From Nitrospinales bacterium (GTDB lineage Bacteria; Nitrospinota; Nitrospinia; Nitrospinales; VA-1), in the NCBI GenBank assembly GCA_965262115.1, contig OZ253496.1, forward strand, positions 384,001 to 448,000: a stretch of DNA of 64,000 nucleotides. Reading direction: 5' to 3'. Below are positions 9,434 to 19,422 of this stretch, piece after piece. Below the pieces are notes generated by a model, which searched no databases, was not told the origin of the DNA, and worked only from the letters and a program-made list of their open reading frames with translations. The position numbers and the translations under genes were made by a program. Position 1 is the stretch's first letter. Every line of letters begins with the position of its first letter.

Positions 9434-10410
9434 TGAAAGCAACCATTCCGGTAAAATTTGCTGTAGGTTTTTTTCTCTTTCTAATTATTTTATTTTGCTT
9501 GGCCCCATTTTCCATCGCTGGGAAAATTTCAAACCCGGTTTCTGTCACCACCCGAATCACCCCCAGCACTTTCACTCTTGGCGATATCGCGACTTATACC
9601 ATTACCATCCAGCATGACCTGGACATCCACCCTGCCGCTCCCGATATTGAACCGCCAAAAGGTCTGGAGTTTATCGAAAAAGGGAAAAACCCGCCTCAAG
9701 AAATAAACGGACAAACCATCGATGAATACTGGTACAAATTTCGCATCGATGACGTTGGCAAATTGAGCCTCCCTTCCGTCCCGGTATCTTTTAACGCTCC
9801 AGACCAAAAGGAAGCGGGAAAAAATATTCAGGGGACCATTCTGGCCCCTGAAGTGAACCTTGAAGTGCAGTCTCTTCTAAACGTACTGGGAAGCCAGGAA
9901 GAGATTCACGATATCAAACCACTGGAGGACTATCCCCTACCCTGGATGAATTATTTTTGGATAGCTCTGGGAGCGCTCGCCCTTTTCGGATTGCTCTACT
10001 TCTTATGGCGCAAATGGAAGTCACGGCCCACCTCTTTGACCCTTCCTTCACCCACTTCAGCCTTGACGGCGGAACAGTTGGCTTTCAAAGAGCTTGAGGA
10101 ACTCAAAAATAAGGGATGGCTTCAGCTTGGACGGATTCAAGATCATTTTTTTGAGTTGTCTGAAATTTTTCGCAGGTATCTGGAAAACCGTTACCAATTT
10201 CCAGCGCGGGAATGGACCACGGAAGAAATCACGGCGCATTTTAAACATTTTCCCAGCCTCAGCGAAAACCTGAGGCTTCAGGCGCGATCCATCCTGACTC
10301 AAACAGACCGTGTCAAGTTTGCCAAGGTGGAACAAACGGAAGATGAGATGCAACCCATCATCAACTTTATCCGAGAGGCCCGACCCCCTGAAGCAGTAAA
10401 CCAACCATGA
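9430..10410 (+). CDS. Bat-operon membrane protein (DUF4381/BatD-like N-domain)
   Basis: Signal peptide, DIKP + TM, LSEIFRRYLE..TTEE; typical position before batA. Confidence 0.8.
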   Translation: MMKATIPVKFAVGFFLFLIILFCLAPFSIAGKISNPVSVTTRITPSTFTLGDIATYTITIQHDLDIHPAAPDIEPPKGLEFIEKGKNPPQEINGQTIDEYWYKFRIDDVGKLSLPSVPVSFNAPDQKEAGKNIQGTILAPEVNLEVQSLLNVLGSQEEIHDIKPLEDYPLPWMNYFWIALGALALFGLLYFLWRKWKSRPTSLTLPSPTSALTAEQLAFKELEELKNKGWLQLGRIQDHFFELSEIFRRYLENRYQFPAREWTTEEITAHFKHFPSLSENLRLQARSILTQTDRVKFAKVEQTEDEMQPIINFIREARPPEAVNQP

Positions 10411-11405
10411 TTTTTTTCCAGTTTCAAAATCCCTGGCTATTGCTATTCCTGTTGGCACTGCCCCTGCTTGCCTTTCAAGTGAGCAAAGGCCAGCGGACAA
10501 CCGTGCATTTTTCATCCCTCGCTACTCTCAAAGCCCTGCATACAGATCGGGTCGATCTGTATGCAGGGCTACCGTTTATAATCCGTTTTTTAGCGTTGGC
10601 ACTTTTGATCATCGCCCTGGCCCGGCCACAAGAAGGACACAAGAGCACGGAAATTCTTTCAGTCGGGGTCGATATCATGCTGGCCTTGGACACCTCTGGA
10701 AGCATGTGGGCACTGGACTTCATAGAAGAAGAAAATCGCATCACCCGGCTCGCTGTGGTGAAAGGAGTGGTCTCCGAATTCATCGACAACCGGCCCAACG
10801 ACCGCATAGGCATGGTGGTGTTTGGCGAGCAGGCCTACACGCAATGCCCGTTGACCCTCGATCAAGGCATCCTGCAATCATTTTTAAGCAAGCTGGAAAT
10901 TGGCATGGCCGGAGACTCGACAGCCATTGGCTCAGCTATTGGTATCGCCGTGAAGCGGCTCAAGGATCTGGACTCCGAATCCAAAGTCATCATTCTATTG
11001 ACCGATGGCAGGAACAATGCCGGAACGCTGGCCCCGCTCCAAGCCGCCCAGACGGCCAAGACCTTCGGGATAAAAATTCACACCATTGGTGTCGGCACTA
11101 AAGGCAAGGCACCCTTTTTAGTCAACTCTATTTTTGGCCAACGCTATGTCTATCAGGAAGTGGATATCGATGAAACAACACTTCAGGAAATATCAAAAAT
11201 TACCGGCGGCCAATATTTCCGAGCCACCGATCTGGAGTCCCTTAAAAATATTTATAAGCAGATTGATGAAATGGAAAAGTCAGAAGTCAAAGTGATCGAC
11301 CATTCGGAGTACAAGGAGCTGCTCCACTATTTTCTGGTGCCGGGACTGGCGCTGCTTTTAATGGAAATCGGTCTTTCCAATACCCTTTTACGAAGGATCC
11401 CCTAA
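10407..11405 (+). CDS. batA: vWA domain protein BatA
   Basis: ALARPQ, DTSGSM MIDAS, LTDGRNNAG. Confidence 0.88.
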   Translation: MIFFQFQNPWLLLFLLALPLLAFQVSKGQRTTVHFSSLATLKALHTDRVDLYAGLPFIIRFLALALLIIALARPQEGHKSTEILSVGVDIMLALDTSGSMWALDFIEEENRITRLAVVKGVVSEFIDNRPNDRIGMVVFGEQAYTQCPLTLDQGILQSFLSKLEIGMAGDSTAIGSAIGIAVKRLKDLDSESKVIILLTDGRNNAGTLAPLQAAQTAKTFGIKIHTIGVGTKGKAPFLVNSIFGQRYVYQEVDIDETTLQEISKITGGQYFRATDLESLKNIYKQIDEMEKSEVKVIDHSEYKELLHYFLVPGLALLLMEIGLSNTLLRRIP

Positions 11406-11408
11406 ATC

Positions 11409-12416
11409 ATGCGATTTGGCGAGCCCGGTTATTTTTATTTATTGTGGAGCCTGATCCCGTTGATCTTTTTCATGGCATGGGGCATGAAAAAGAAACACCA
11501 ACTCACGCTGAAATTTTGCGGCAATCCTTTACTATCGAAGTTGGTCCATCCCGGAGTGGAAAAACGGCATCACAGCAAAACCGTTTTCATCGTTCTGGCT
11601 ATCCTTTTTCTTATGCTTTCCCTGACTCAACCACGCTGGGGTTATCACTGGGAAGACCTGCACCAACGCGGGGTCGATGTCATCGTCGCGCTGGATGTTT
11701 CAAGCAGCATGCTGGCGGAAGATATTAAACCCAATCGCCTTGAGAGGGCCAAACGAAAAATCTCCGATCTTCTGGATATGATGGAGGGAGATCGAATCGG
11801 GCTGGTTGCCTTTGCCGGTACTTCATTCGTCCAGTGTCCCCTGACTCTCGACTATGGTGCCGCCAGAATATTTCTTTCCGCCATTGATACGCAATTGATT
11901 CCCGTACAGGGAACTGACCTAGGAAATGCCATCAAGACTTCCGTCAAAGCGTTTCGCACTCAGGAGAAAAAATCCAAGGCCCTGATCTTAATCACTGACG
12001 GAGAGGATCAAACAGGAAAGGCTCTCTCAGCCGCAAAGTCGGCAGGCGATCAGGGCGTTAAAATTTATACGATCGGAATCGGCGGGGAATTAGGTGCCCC
12101 CCTGCCTGACCTTTCCGGCAATGGTGGATTCAGAAAAAATCAACAGGGAGAAGTCATTCTCTCAAAACTGGACGAGACCACATTGCAGCAGATTGCCCTA
12201 GAGACAGGCGGAAGCTATGTCCGCTCCGTCACCGGAGACATTGACTTAAAAACCATTTATCAAGACCAGATCAAAAAGCATATCGAGAAAAAAGAATTGA
12301 AATCAGAGCGTCGCAAAATCTGGCAGGAGCGGTTCCAGTGGTTCATTTTTATAGCACTCATTTTCCTGGTCATAGAAACCAGTTTATCTGAAAGAAAGCC
12401 CTTGAAAAATTCATAA
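11409..12416 (+). CDS. batB: vWA domain protein BatB
   Basis: DVSSSMLAEDIKPNRLERAK, ITDGED. Confidence 0.88.
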   Translation: MRFGEPGYFYLLWSLIPLIFFMAWGMKKKHQLTLKFCGNPLLSKLVHPGVEKRHHSKTVFIVLAILFLMLSLTQPRWGYHWEDLHQRGVDVIVALDVSSSMLAEDIKPNRLERAKRKISDLLDMMEGDRIGLVAFAGTSFVQCPLTLDYGAARIFLSAIDTQLIPVQGTDLGNAIKTSVKAFRTQEKKSKALILITDGEDQTGKALSAAKSAGDQGVKIYTIGIGGELGAPLPDLSGNGGFRKNQQGEVILSKLDETTLQQIALETGGSYVRSVTGDIDLKTIYQDQIKKHIEKKELKSERRKIWQERFQWFIFIALIFLVIETSLSERKPLKNS

Positions 12417-12475
12417 AATTAGCCTGCACTCCCCTGCCAGATTTGGTAAAATATCACTAAGCGGCCCCTTAACAG

Positions 12476-12643
12476 GAGACCTTTGCGTAAGTCGATAAAG
12501 CAGAAAAGCGAGATGCTTCGACATACCCCTCCGGGGCAAGAAGGCAAAGGTCGAGTATCACTAGCTCAGCATGACAATAAAAGGCTGTTTTGTCATTCTG
12601 AGGAACAACGTGACGAAGAATCTCGGGGTTATGCAAAGGTTTC
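12476..12643 (+). mobile_element. MITE C, copy 1
   Basis: TIRs GAGACCTTTGCGTAA / TTATGCAAAGGTTTC; flanking direct repeat CCTTAACAG (12467-12475, 12644-12652). Confidence 0.85.
12524..12562 (-). mobile_element. Micro-element B, copy 2
   Basis: Removal restores GAGATGCTTCGACAAGCTCAGCATGACA. Confidence 0.72.
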
Positions 12644-12658
12644 CCTTAACAGGGAAGG

Positions 12659-12780
12659 CCACTGGGCAAGTGATCATTGCGCCGAGAAAACTTTTTTCTT
12701 GCCAAATAACGCTATTGCACACTGGCAGCATGTTATGACCCCTCATTAGTCTTCATGCCCCGAAGGGGTACGCCGAGTGG
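12659..12780. repeat. Repeat family A, copy 2 (contains B3)
   Basis: Near-identical to 6810-6909; ends CCACTGGGC...GCCGAGTGG. Confidence 0.85.
12731..12770 (+). mobile_element. Micro-element B, copy 3
   Basis: Same sequence and site as B1. Confidence 0.7.
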
Positions 12781-12863
12781 CTTGACAAACTGAGTTCGCG
12801 ATTTTATTTGATACAGAAGCCGACATAAATTGCTACGTTTAAACATACGAAAGGAAAAAAATA

Positions 12864-13565
12864 ATGGAAAGTTTTTCTAGACCCATGAGCGTGGATGCCA
12901 TTGCCGCAGAACAACAGCGGTTCATGGTGCGTGTCTATAACTGGATGACTGCCGGACTGGCCATAACCGGTTTCATGGCTTTTTATATTTCCAGCAGCCC
13001 GGCAATAATGAATATCATTTTCGGCAATGCCATTATACCGATTGTCCTCATCATTGCACAGATAGGACTTGTTTTCTGGCTGGCGTCAAGAGTCATGCAA
13101 ATGAGTGCAAGCCAGGCGACCGGTGTTTTCATGCTCTATGCGGGCCTGACGGGTATTACTTTTTCCGCAATATTCGCGGTTTATACAGCGTCATCCATTA
13201 CCTCCACATTTTTGGTCACAGCGGGCACCTTTGGCGCCATGAGCCTGTACGGTTATACGACCAAAAAGGACCTGACTTCTTGGGGAAGTTTTCTCTTTAT
13301 GGGATTGATCGGAATCATCATTGCTTCGGTGGTGAATATGTTCATGCAAAGCTCCATGATGCACACAATCATCACCTATGCCGGAGTGCTGATCTTTGTC
13401 GGGCTGACTGCCTATGACACACAGAAGATCAAAGAGATGAATATTCTCGGCAATGAAGGCACCGATGAAGACACAAAAGAAGCCATCTCAGGGGCATTAA
13501 CTCTATATTTAGACTTCATCAACCTGTTCCTCATGCTCCTCAGGCTTATGGGAGACCGAAGGTAA
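12864..13565 (+). CDS. Bax inhibitor-1/YccA family membrane protein
   Basis: 7 TM; LTAYDTQKIK, ALTLYLDFINLF. Confidence 0.93.
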   Translation: MESFSRPMSVDAIAAEQQRFMVRVYNWMTAGLAITGFMAFYISSSPAIMNIIFGNAIIPIVLIIAQIGLVFWLASRVMQMSASQATGVFMLYAGLTGITFSAIFAVYTASSITSTFLVTAGTFGAMSLYGYTTKKDLTSWGSFLFMGLIGIIIASVVNMFMQSSMMHTIITYAGVLIFVGLTAYDTQKIKEMNILGNEGTDEDTKEAISGALTLYLDFINLFLMLLRLMGDRR

Positions 13566-13637
13566 GCCTATTATTTCAACTTGAAAAACTCCCGGCTCCC
13601 TCGGGCCGGGAGCATCTATTCTCCAGTTTCTAAAATT

Positions 13638-14396
13638 ATGGTTTGGAATCTTCCGACCAAAAACTTTATCCCTGCCGTCTTTTTTCTTGCCCTCGCTCTA
13701 CCTGCGATCGGTTTCGCCGAATCGGTCAATTCAAAAATGCGGGAAGGTATTTCCCAATATCACGAAGGGGCGTTTAAGGAATCCGTTGAGAATTTCTCTT
13801 CGGCCCACGCCGGTCGCCCGGAAGATTCGCGCATCGCCTATAACCTTGGCAACGCGCATTATAAGGAAGGAAAATTTGAGGAAGCGCTTCAGGCCTACAC
13901 CCAATCTACTTTAGACGAAAAGAATCCGGACATCAGGAAAAATTCGATCTACAACACCGGCAACACCATGGCAAATCTGGGGAAACTGGAAGAAGCCGAA
14001 TCGGCTTATAAAAAAGTTCTGGCGCTTGATCCCACCGATATGGATGCCAAGTACAATTTAGAATACGTCCGCCAGCAATTAAAAGATAAAGAAAATCAAA
14101 AACAGGATTCCAGGCAAGACCCGCAGGAAGGCGACCCCTCTGAAAAAGAGCAGACCGAAAACCAGCAACCAAAAAATGAAAACGACCAACAGGAAAGGGA
14201 TCACCTTCCCCCACCTAACAATGCCGATTCTGAAAACCAGGAAAATTCTGGCCCGCCCGGGGAGCCCACAATGGAAGCAGAACTTTCTAAAGACGAAGCC
14301 GAACGGATGTTGGAAGGACTCACCGAAGATTTAAAAAGTATCAGCCGCATGCAGGCCGGAAAAACGAAGTCCAAATATCAGGGAAACGACTGGTAA
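13638..14396 (+). CDS. batC: TPR protein, BatC-like
   Basis: Signal peptide, YNLGNAHY TPRs, Q/E-rich linker, terminal DW. Confidence 0.78.
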   Translation: MVWNLPTKNFIPAVFFLALALPAIGFAESVNSKMREGISQYHEGAFKESVENFSSAHAGRPEDSRIAYNLGNAHYKEGKFEEALQAYTQSTLDEKNPDIRKNSIYNTGNTMANLGKLEEAESAYKKVLALDPTDMDAKYNLEYVRQQLKDKENQKQDSRQDPQEGDPSEKEQTENQQPKNENDQQERDHLPPPNNADSENQENSGPPGEPTMEAELSKDEAERMLEGLTEDLKSISRMQAGKTKSKYQGNDW

Positions 14397-14398
14397 AA

Positions 14399-16201
14399 AT
14401 GAAAATGTGCACGTTCAGAAAAGTCGTGTTGCTCTCGCTTTTCCTGATCCCCATGCTCAGCACCGTGAGCTTTGGACAGAATATTTCCGTCACGGCAACG
14501 GTCGACAAGAACCGTTTGACGTTAGAAGACGTCCTGCAACTTTCCATTGTCATTCAGGGAACCCAGAACACGCCCCCTCCCGAACTGCCGTCTTTGCCGG
14601 ATTTCAGAATTACTTCGGCAGGCACATCTTCCTCCACCCAGTACATCAATACCCAGCGAAGTGTTTCCATCACCTATAAATACCGGCTGACTCCTATGAA
14701 CACCGGGACTATCGTTATCGGTTCGGCACGGGTGCGGGCAAATGGAAAAACTTATTCCACCCAACCCATAACGATTGAAGTGCTAAAACCGTCCAAGGGT
14801 CAATTTGCTGAAAGCAAAGCCGCGTTTGCTGAAGCCACTCTGTCGAGCAAGAAAGTCTATATAGGAGAGCAACTGGTCTATACCTTCCGGTTATTTCATC
14901 GTGTTGAAGCCAAAAATCTGGATTTAAAACTGCCTTTTGATAAAACCTGGTTCAACAAAGAAGAACTTGGAGAACCCAAATCATATTTAAAAGTCGTGAA
15001 TGGACTTCAGTATCATGTGCAAGAGCTATCCATAACCCTCTTCCCCCTAAAAAAGGGAAGACTCGAAATTCCAGCCGCCACTGTCGAACTGGATCTTTTG
15101 CATAAGGCACAAAGTCGTTCCCGCCAGGACCCCTTCAGCCATTTTTTTAATGATCCATTTTTTGGCCGACGTACCCAGGTCGAGCATAAGGTTCTGCGAT
15201 CGCAACCTGTTTCGATTGAGGTTCTACCTCTGCCTGATGGAGCACCAAATGGATTTAAAAATTTAATCGGACAATTTAGGATTTCAGCAGAACTTGGGAA
15301 AAGAGACCTTGAAGTCGGGGACACCACCACTCTGACGGTGACCGTTTCGGGAAAAGGAAATGTCCGGGGTATATCCTTTGAGGAACCGGATTTAAAAAAA
15401 TATTTCAAAATTTATCCGGACAAACCCGAATTCAGCCAAACCGTTCTGAACAACCAGATCAGGGGAGAAAAGGTTTTTAAATTTGCTCTGGTGCCTCTTA
15501 AGGCAGGAAGCAGAACCCTGCCAAAATTTTTCCTGGCCTATTTTGATTCAGCAAACGCCCAATACCGTATCACCGAAACCCGGCCTATTTCTTTAACCAT
15601 AAGACCCTCTTCCATAAAAGAAGAACTCAATCTGGTTCAGTCCGGACAACAAAACCTGCCGTTGAACAAACCTGAAATTGAAACTCTTGGTACAGATATC
15701 TTGCCCATCTACACCGAACTGGATAAATTTCAAAATAGCGGTTCTTACTCTTCCGCATTCATTGGAGCCGGTTTTGGGTCGCCGGTGATTCTTTTCATCA
15801 TTTCAGCGTTCTTGATAAAACGACAGAATCGGATGAAGTATGACATGGCTTTTTACCGGCGTCGCAATGCCTATAAAAACGCCAGCCAACGCTTAAAACA
15901 AATGTCGAAACTTTCCGACCTTTCCGATTCTTCCGCCCCCAAAGAGTTTGGCAGGGAGTTATCAGAAATTTTACGTGAATACATCGGAGACAAACTGAAT
16001 CTGCAGGGCAAAGCCATCACTGCCGAAGAAGTGGAGATTCGCCTGAAAGAATCGAATTACGAACCTGGGCAAGCCGAAGGCGCGCGAAAACTTCTTGAAA
16101 AATGTGAGACCCTACAATATGCCCCCATGACCCGTGGCAGCACAAAGGAACTACTCGGCGAATCTGAAAATATCCTCAAAGTGTTGGAGAAGCAATCATG
16201 A
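14399..16201 (+). CDS. batD: BatD family protein
   Basis: Signal peptide, Ig-like domains, DPFF motif, C-terminal TM. Confidence 0.85.
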   Translation: MKMCTFRKVVLLSLFLIPMLSTVSFGQNISVTATVDKNRLTLEDVLQLSIVIQGTQNTPPPELPSLPDFRITSAGTSSSTQYINTQRSVSITYKYRLTPMNTGTIVIGSARVRANGKTYSTQPITIEVLKPSKGQFAESKAAFAEATLSSKKVYIGEQLVYTFRLFHRVEAKNLDLKLPFDKTWFNKEELGEPKSYLKVVNGLQYHVQELSITLFPLKKGRLEIPAATVELDLLHKAQSRSRQDPFSHFFNDPFFGRRTQVEHKVLRSQPVSIEVLPLPDGAPNGFKNLIGQFRISAELGKRDLEVGDTTTLTVTVSGKGNVRGISFEEPDLKKYFKIYPDKPEFSQTVLNNQIRGEKVFKFALVPLKAGSRTLPKFFLAYFDSANAQYRITETRPISLTIRPSSIKEELNLVQSGQQNLPLNKPEIETLGTDILPIYTELDKFQNSGSYSSAFIGAGFGSPVILFIISAFLIKRQNRMKYDMAFYRRRNAYKNASQRLKQMSKLSDLSDSSAPKEFGRELSEILREYIGDKLNLQGKAITAEEVEIRLKESNYEPGQAEGARKLLEKCETLQYAPMTRGSTKELLGESENILKVLEKQS

Positions 16202-16941
16202 AACACGCTTTAGCGCTCTTTTTATTTCTTGTGCTGACGCTCTCTACCAGCCGGCCGACAGAAGCCTCTAACTATTTAAATGAGGTCATTCGCGCCAACG
16301 GCTTGTACGCTGAAAAACATTATGCCGGGTCTGCACAGGCTTATGAGTCTTTAATCGACAAAGGAGTGCAGAACGGATATCTGTATTACAACCTGGGCAA
16401 TGCCTATATCAGGATGGGAAAAACAGGGTCCGCTGTTTTAAATTATGTCCGTGCCCGAAAATGGATTCCGCGCGATGAGAATCTGGAAGCCAATTTAAAA
16501 TTTGCCATTCAACAAACCCGGGACAAAATAGAGCTCCCGCCTCTTGGAACGCTGAATGTCCTGCTGTTCTGGGTCAACGATTTAAATTTTAACGAACTGA
16601 TGGTTTTCACCATTGGCTTGAATTTAATTTTCTGGGTCAACCTGGCGCTGTGGATGTATTTTCCTTCCCTGAAAGTCGTTCACAACGCCCTTCTAGGTTT
16701 TCTTTTACTGTCATTTGTTTCAATTGGAGTTAAAATTAACAATGAATCCGATTTAAAACTGGGAGTGGTTCTGACTGAAAATGTCGAAGTGAAGTCCGGG
16801 CGCGCTGGAGATGCGGTGACTCTATTCCAGTTACACGAAGGCGCCCTGGTTACCGTCACCGGTAAAAGGGACAACTGGCTGGAAGTTCGCCTCAACGAGG
16901 AGCAAAAAGGCTGGGTTCCACAAAACTCCCTGGGAACCTGA
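16198..16941 (+). CDS. batE: TPR + SH3 protein, BatE-like
   Basis: YYNLGNAY, two TMs, LFQLHEG...GWV SH3b domain. Confidence 0.85.
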   Translation: MKHALALFLFLVLTLSTSRPTEASNYLNEVIRANGLYAEKHYAGSAQAYESLIDKGVQNGYLYYNLGNAYIRMGKTGSAVLNYVRARKWIPRDENLEANLKFAIQQTRDKIELPPLGTLNVLLFWVNDLNFNELMVFTIGLNLIFWVNLALWMYFPSLKVVHNALLGFLLLSFVSIGVKINNESDLKLGVVLTENVEVKSGRAGDAVTLFQLHEGALVTVTGKRDNWLEVRLNEEQKGWVPQNSLGT

Positions 16942-17208
16942 ACCCACGACATTCCGAGCAGTGAGCATGATAATCGCAAGGTCTCGGGTCTTATCATCTG
17001 ATCGGAGGGCTTTACAAACATCCATTCCATTCATCCGCAACATGTTCACGTCCGGAATGACCAGGTCCGGCAAACTGTCCCGTATTTTTTCGAGGGCCAC
17101 CTCACCATCAGGAGCAGTATCTATCTGGTAGCCTTCTTTGCGGAGTTTTAATTCCAACGCCGCTAAAAGTTCCTCATAATCATCGACTAAAAGGATTTGG
17201 TGAGCCAT
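16942..17208 (-). pseudogene. Truncated response-regulator receiver domain
   Basis: ILLVDD..PDLVIPDVNMLRMNG..IIMLTAR, then runs into antisense batE; conserved beta5 Lys absent. Confidence 0.7.
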
Positions 17209-17221
17209 CTTTTTTCCTGAT

Positions 17222-17935
17222 TTAAAAAGTCGAACCGTTTTCACTAGTAGTCGGCATGGTTCGACATGGGTTCCTTTTGCTATCTGTTAAATTTTCCGAC
17301 CGGAAAAATTCCATGCAGTCCGCGACAATCCAATCAATGCATGACAAAAGGCCATGGTCAGAATCCAGCTCTTTTAATTGACACCAGGGCCGCGATCTGG
17401 CGAAATCTCTGGATTCCTGAATACTAACTGTTTCATCATGAAGTCCATGGATCAAACGGGTAGGAATATTGCGGTTTAACGGCAAAGAATCCCAGTTCAT
17501 TGCGTCTCGAAATAAATCGGTCTTTAGATTTACCTCGGCATTGTAACTATAATGAAATACCCGGATCAAGTCTTGAATCGAATTAAGGTGGTTCTTATCC
17601 CAGCCCATGTTTTCCATCCAGCGATTGAGGAAATTGAAACCAGGGGCCATCAGGTATAGGGCTTTAATTTCTTTTCGGGTTTCTGCAATCAGTGCCGCGA
17701 TATAGGCCCCCATGCTACTCCCTATCAGAGCAAAGCGTGTGCCGGGTTTTCCATCAATAATACCTTGTACCAGTGAAACCTGTTTGGTCAGGGTCAGGTT
17801 TTCAAAATCGCTCTGTTGCAGGTCTGGAATCGTCAGGGGAAGCCGGGCTTTCTCGAAACGATCTTTGAACACACAGGCCTTTTGAGAACCCGGTCCCGAT
17901 GCAAATCCGTGCAGGTAAATGAATTCTGTCATCAC
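17222..17935 (-). CDS. YqiA/YcfP-family alpha/beta hydrolase
   Basis: YLHGFASGP, GSSMG, HG.HDE, DH. Confidence 0.88.
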   Translation of the reverse strand: MMTEFIYLHGFASGPGSQKACVFKDRFEKARLPLTIPDLQQSDFENLTLTKQVSLVQGIIDGKPGTRFALIGSSMGAYIAALIAETRKEIKALYLMAPGFNFLNRWMENMGWDKNHLNSIQDLIRVFHYSYNAEVNLKTDLFRDAMNWDSLPLNRNIPTRLIHGLHDETVSIQESRDFARSRPWCQLKELDSDHGLLSCIDWIVADCMEFFRSENLTDSKRNPCRTMPTTSENGSTF

Positions 17936-19179
17936 AAAACAGCCTTACCGTGAAGGCCATTTCCCTTTTCCAGAGCCTGGATTTTTTCACGCATTTTCCA
18001 TAAAAGTACCAGCCCCGGTAAAGCGGCAAAAAAGGTCACCAGGAAAAACAACAGCCAGCCAAACCCAGCCACCAGTTCCCCCGAAACGGGCCCGACATAC
18101 ACTCGGCCAAGAGAAGCTAAAGCCGATAACAGGGCAAATTGAGTTGCAGTAAAGTTATGGTGACATAATGTCATCAAGAAGGCCACAAAGGCCGCAGTTC
18201 CCATGCCCCCTGCCAGGTTTTCGAAGGCAATAGTGAAAACCAACATGGCATAATTCTTCCCCACCATAGCCAGAACCATGAATGACAAATTAGAAACGGC
18301 CTGCAAAATTCCAAAAAGTAAAAGAGAACGATAAAGACCCAGGTGGGCCATGAGCGCACCCCCAAACAGAGCCCCCACTATTGTTGCCGCGAGCCCCATC
18401 CCCTTGTTGATGGCACCCACTTCACCGACAGAAAATCCTACACCACGGATCAAAAAACTTGTGGTCAGGCTTCCCGCAAAAGCATCTCCCAGCTTATAGA
18501 GAACGATCAGGGCCAGCATCAGCCAGGCGCCATCCCGGGAAAAGAATTCGAGTAAAGGATCCCTAACAGCTTCCCTCATTGTCTTGGGTGGAGTTCCAGG
18601 ATCTTCCGGTTCGGGGCCCAGCCAGGCCGCCATCATACCTACAAACATCAGCCCAGCCATAATCATATACGTGGTACGCCATCCCAAAACTTCGGATAGA
18701 ATCAAAGCCAGCGCCCCGGAAACCAGCATCGCAATCCGGTAACCCGTTACCGAAACTGCTGCCCCGAATCCCCGTTCCTTTTCCCTCAGCACTTCTGTTC
18801 GGTAAGCATCAACGACAATATCCTGGGAGGACGAAGCAAAAGCCAAACCAAAGGCAAGAAAGGCAAGGACCCAAGGTACCTTGACAGGAGACACCATGCT
18901 CATGGCAAAAATCAAAATGAGCAATAGGGCTTGAAACACCCAAATCCAACCGCGTCTTCGTCCGAATAAAGGAACCGTAAATCGGTCAAGCAGTGGGGAC
19001 CAGAGAAACTTCAAGGTATACGGCAAACCCACTAAAGTGAACAGGCCAATAGTCTCAATATCGACCCCTTCCACCGTCAACCAAGCCTGCAAAGTTCCGC
19101 CTGATAACGCCAACGGAAGACCCGAGGAAAACCCTAAAAACAAAACAGTCGCTACCCTGACATTTAAAATAGAACCCAT
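17932..19179 (-). CDS. ampG: AmpG muropeptide MFS permease
   Basis: GFSSGLP, KFLWSPLLD, SQDIVVDAYR, ATQFALLS. Confidence 0.93.
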   Translation of the reverse strand: MGSILNVRVATVLFLGFSSGLPLALSGGTLQAWLTVEGVDIETIGLFTLVGLPYTLKFLWSPLLDRFTVPLFGRRRGWIWVFQALLLILIFAMSMVSPVKVPWVLAFLAFGLAFASSSQDIVVDAYRTEVLREKERGFGAAVSVTGYRIAMLVSGALALILSEVLGWRTTYMIMAGLMFVGMMAAWLGPEPEDPGTPPKTMREAVRDPLLEFFSRDGAWLMLALIVLYKLGDAFAGSLTTSFLIRGVGFSVGEVGAINKGMGLAATIVGALFGGALMAHLGLYRSLLLFGILQAVSNLSFMVLAMVGKNYAMLVFTIAFENLAGGMGTAAFVAFLMTLCHHNFTATQFALLSALASLGRVYVGPVSGELVAGFGWLLFFLVTFFAALPGLVLLWKMREKIQALEKGNGLHGKAVL

Positions 19180-19422
19180 AATTATCTATATTTATCAAAT
19201 AGTTATGTATCAAATCATAATATATAACATTAAATTAAAGCCGGGCTATATCATTGCGACGCAAACCCCTTATAACATTAACGCTAAGGAGTTTCAGGTA
19301 TTTTACTTGGGAAGCAGAAACTAATTTTGCCAGTATGGACAATTGACATCTGGCAGCATCATTAACTAGAATTGACTTGCAGGGGTACAATCTTAACTTG
19401 GCCAATGATTTTAAATTCTTGT

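Noticed and set aside
12483..12749. ORFs across repeat mosaics (also 32536-32823, 32885-33139, 40072-40530, 27041-27265)
   Set aside because: They translate MITE/repeat DNA and have no protein motifs.
19185..19240. dif or attI site
   Set aside because: No XerC/XerD arm match and no intI; only an IHF-like TATCAAATAGTTA in AT-rich DNA.
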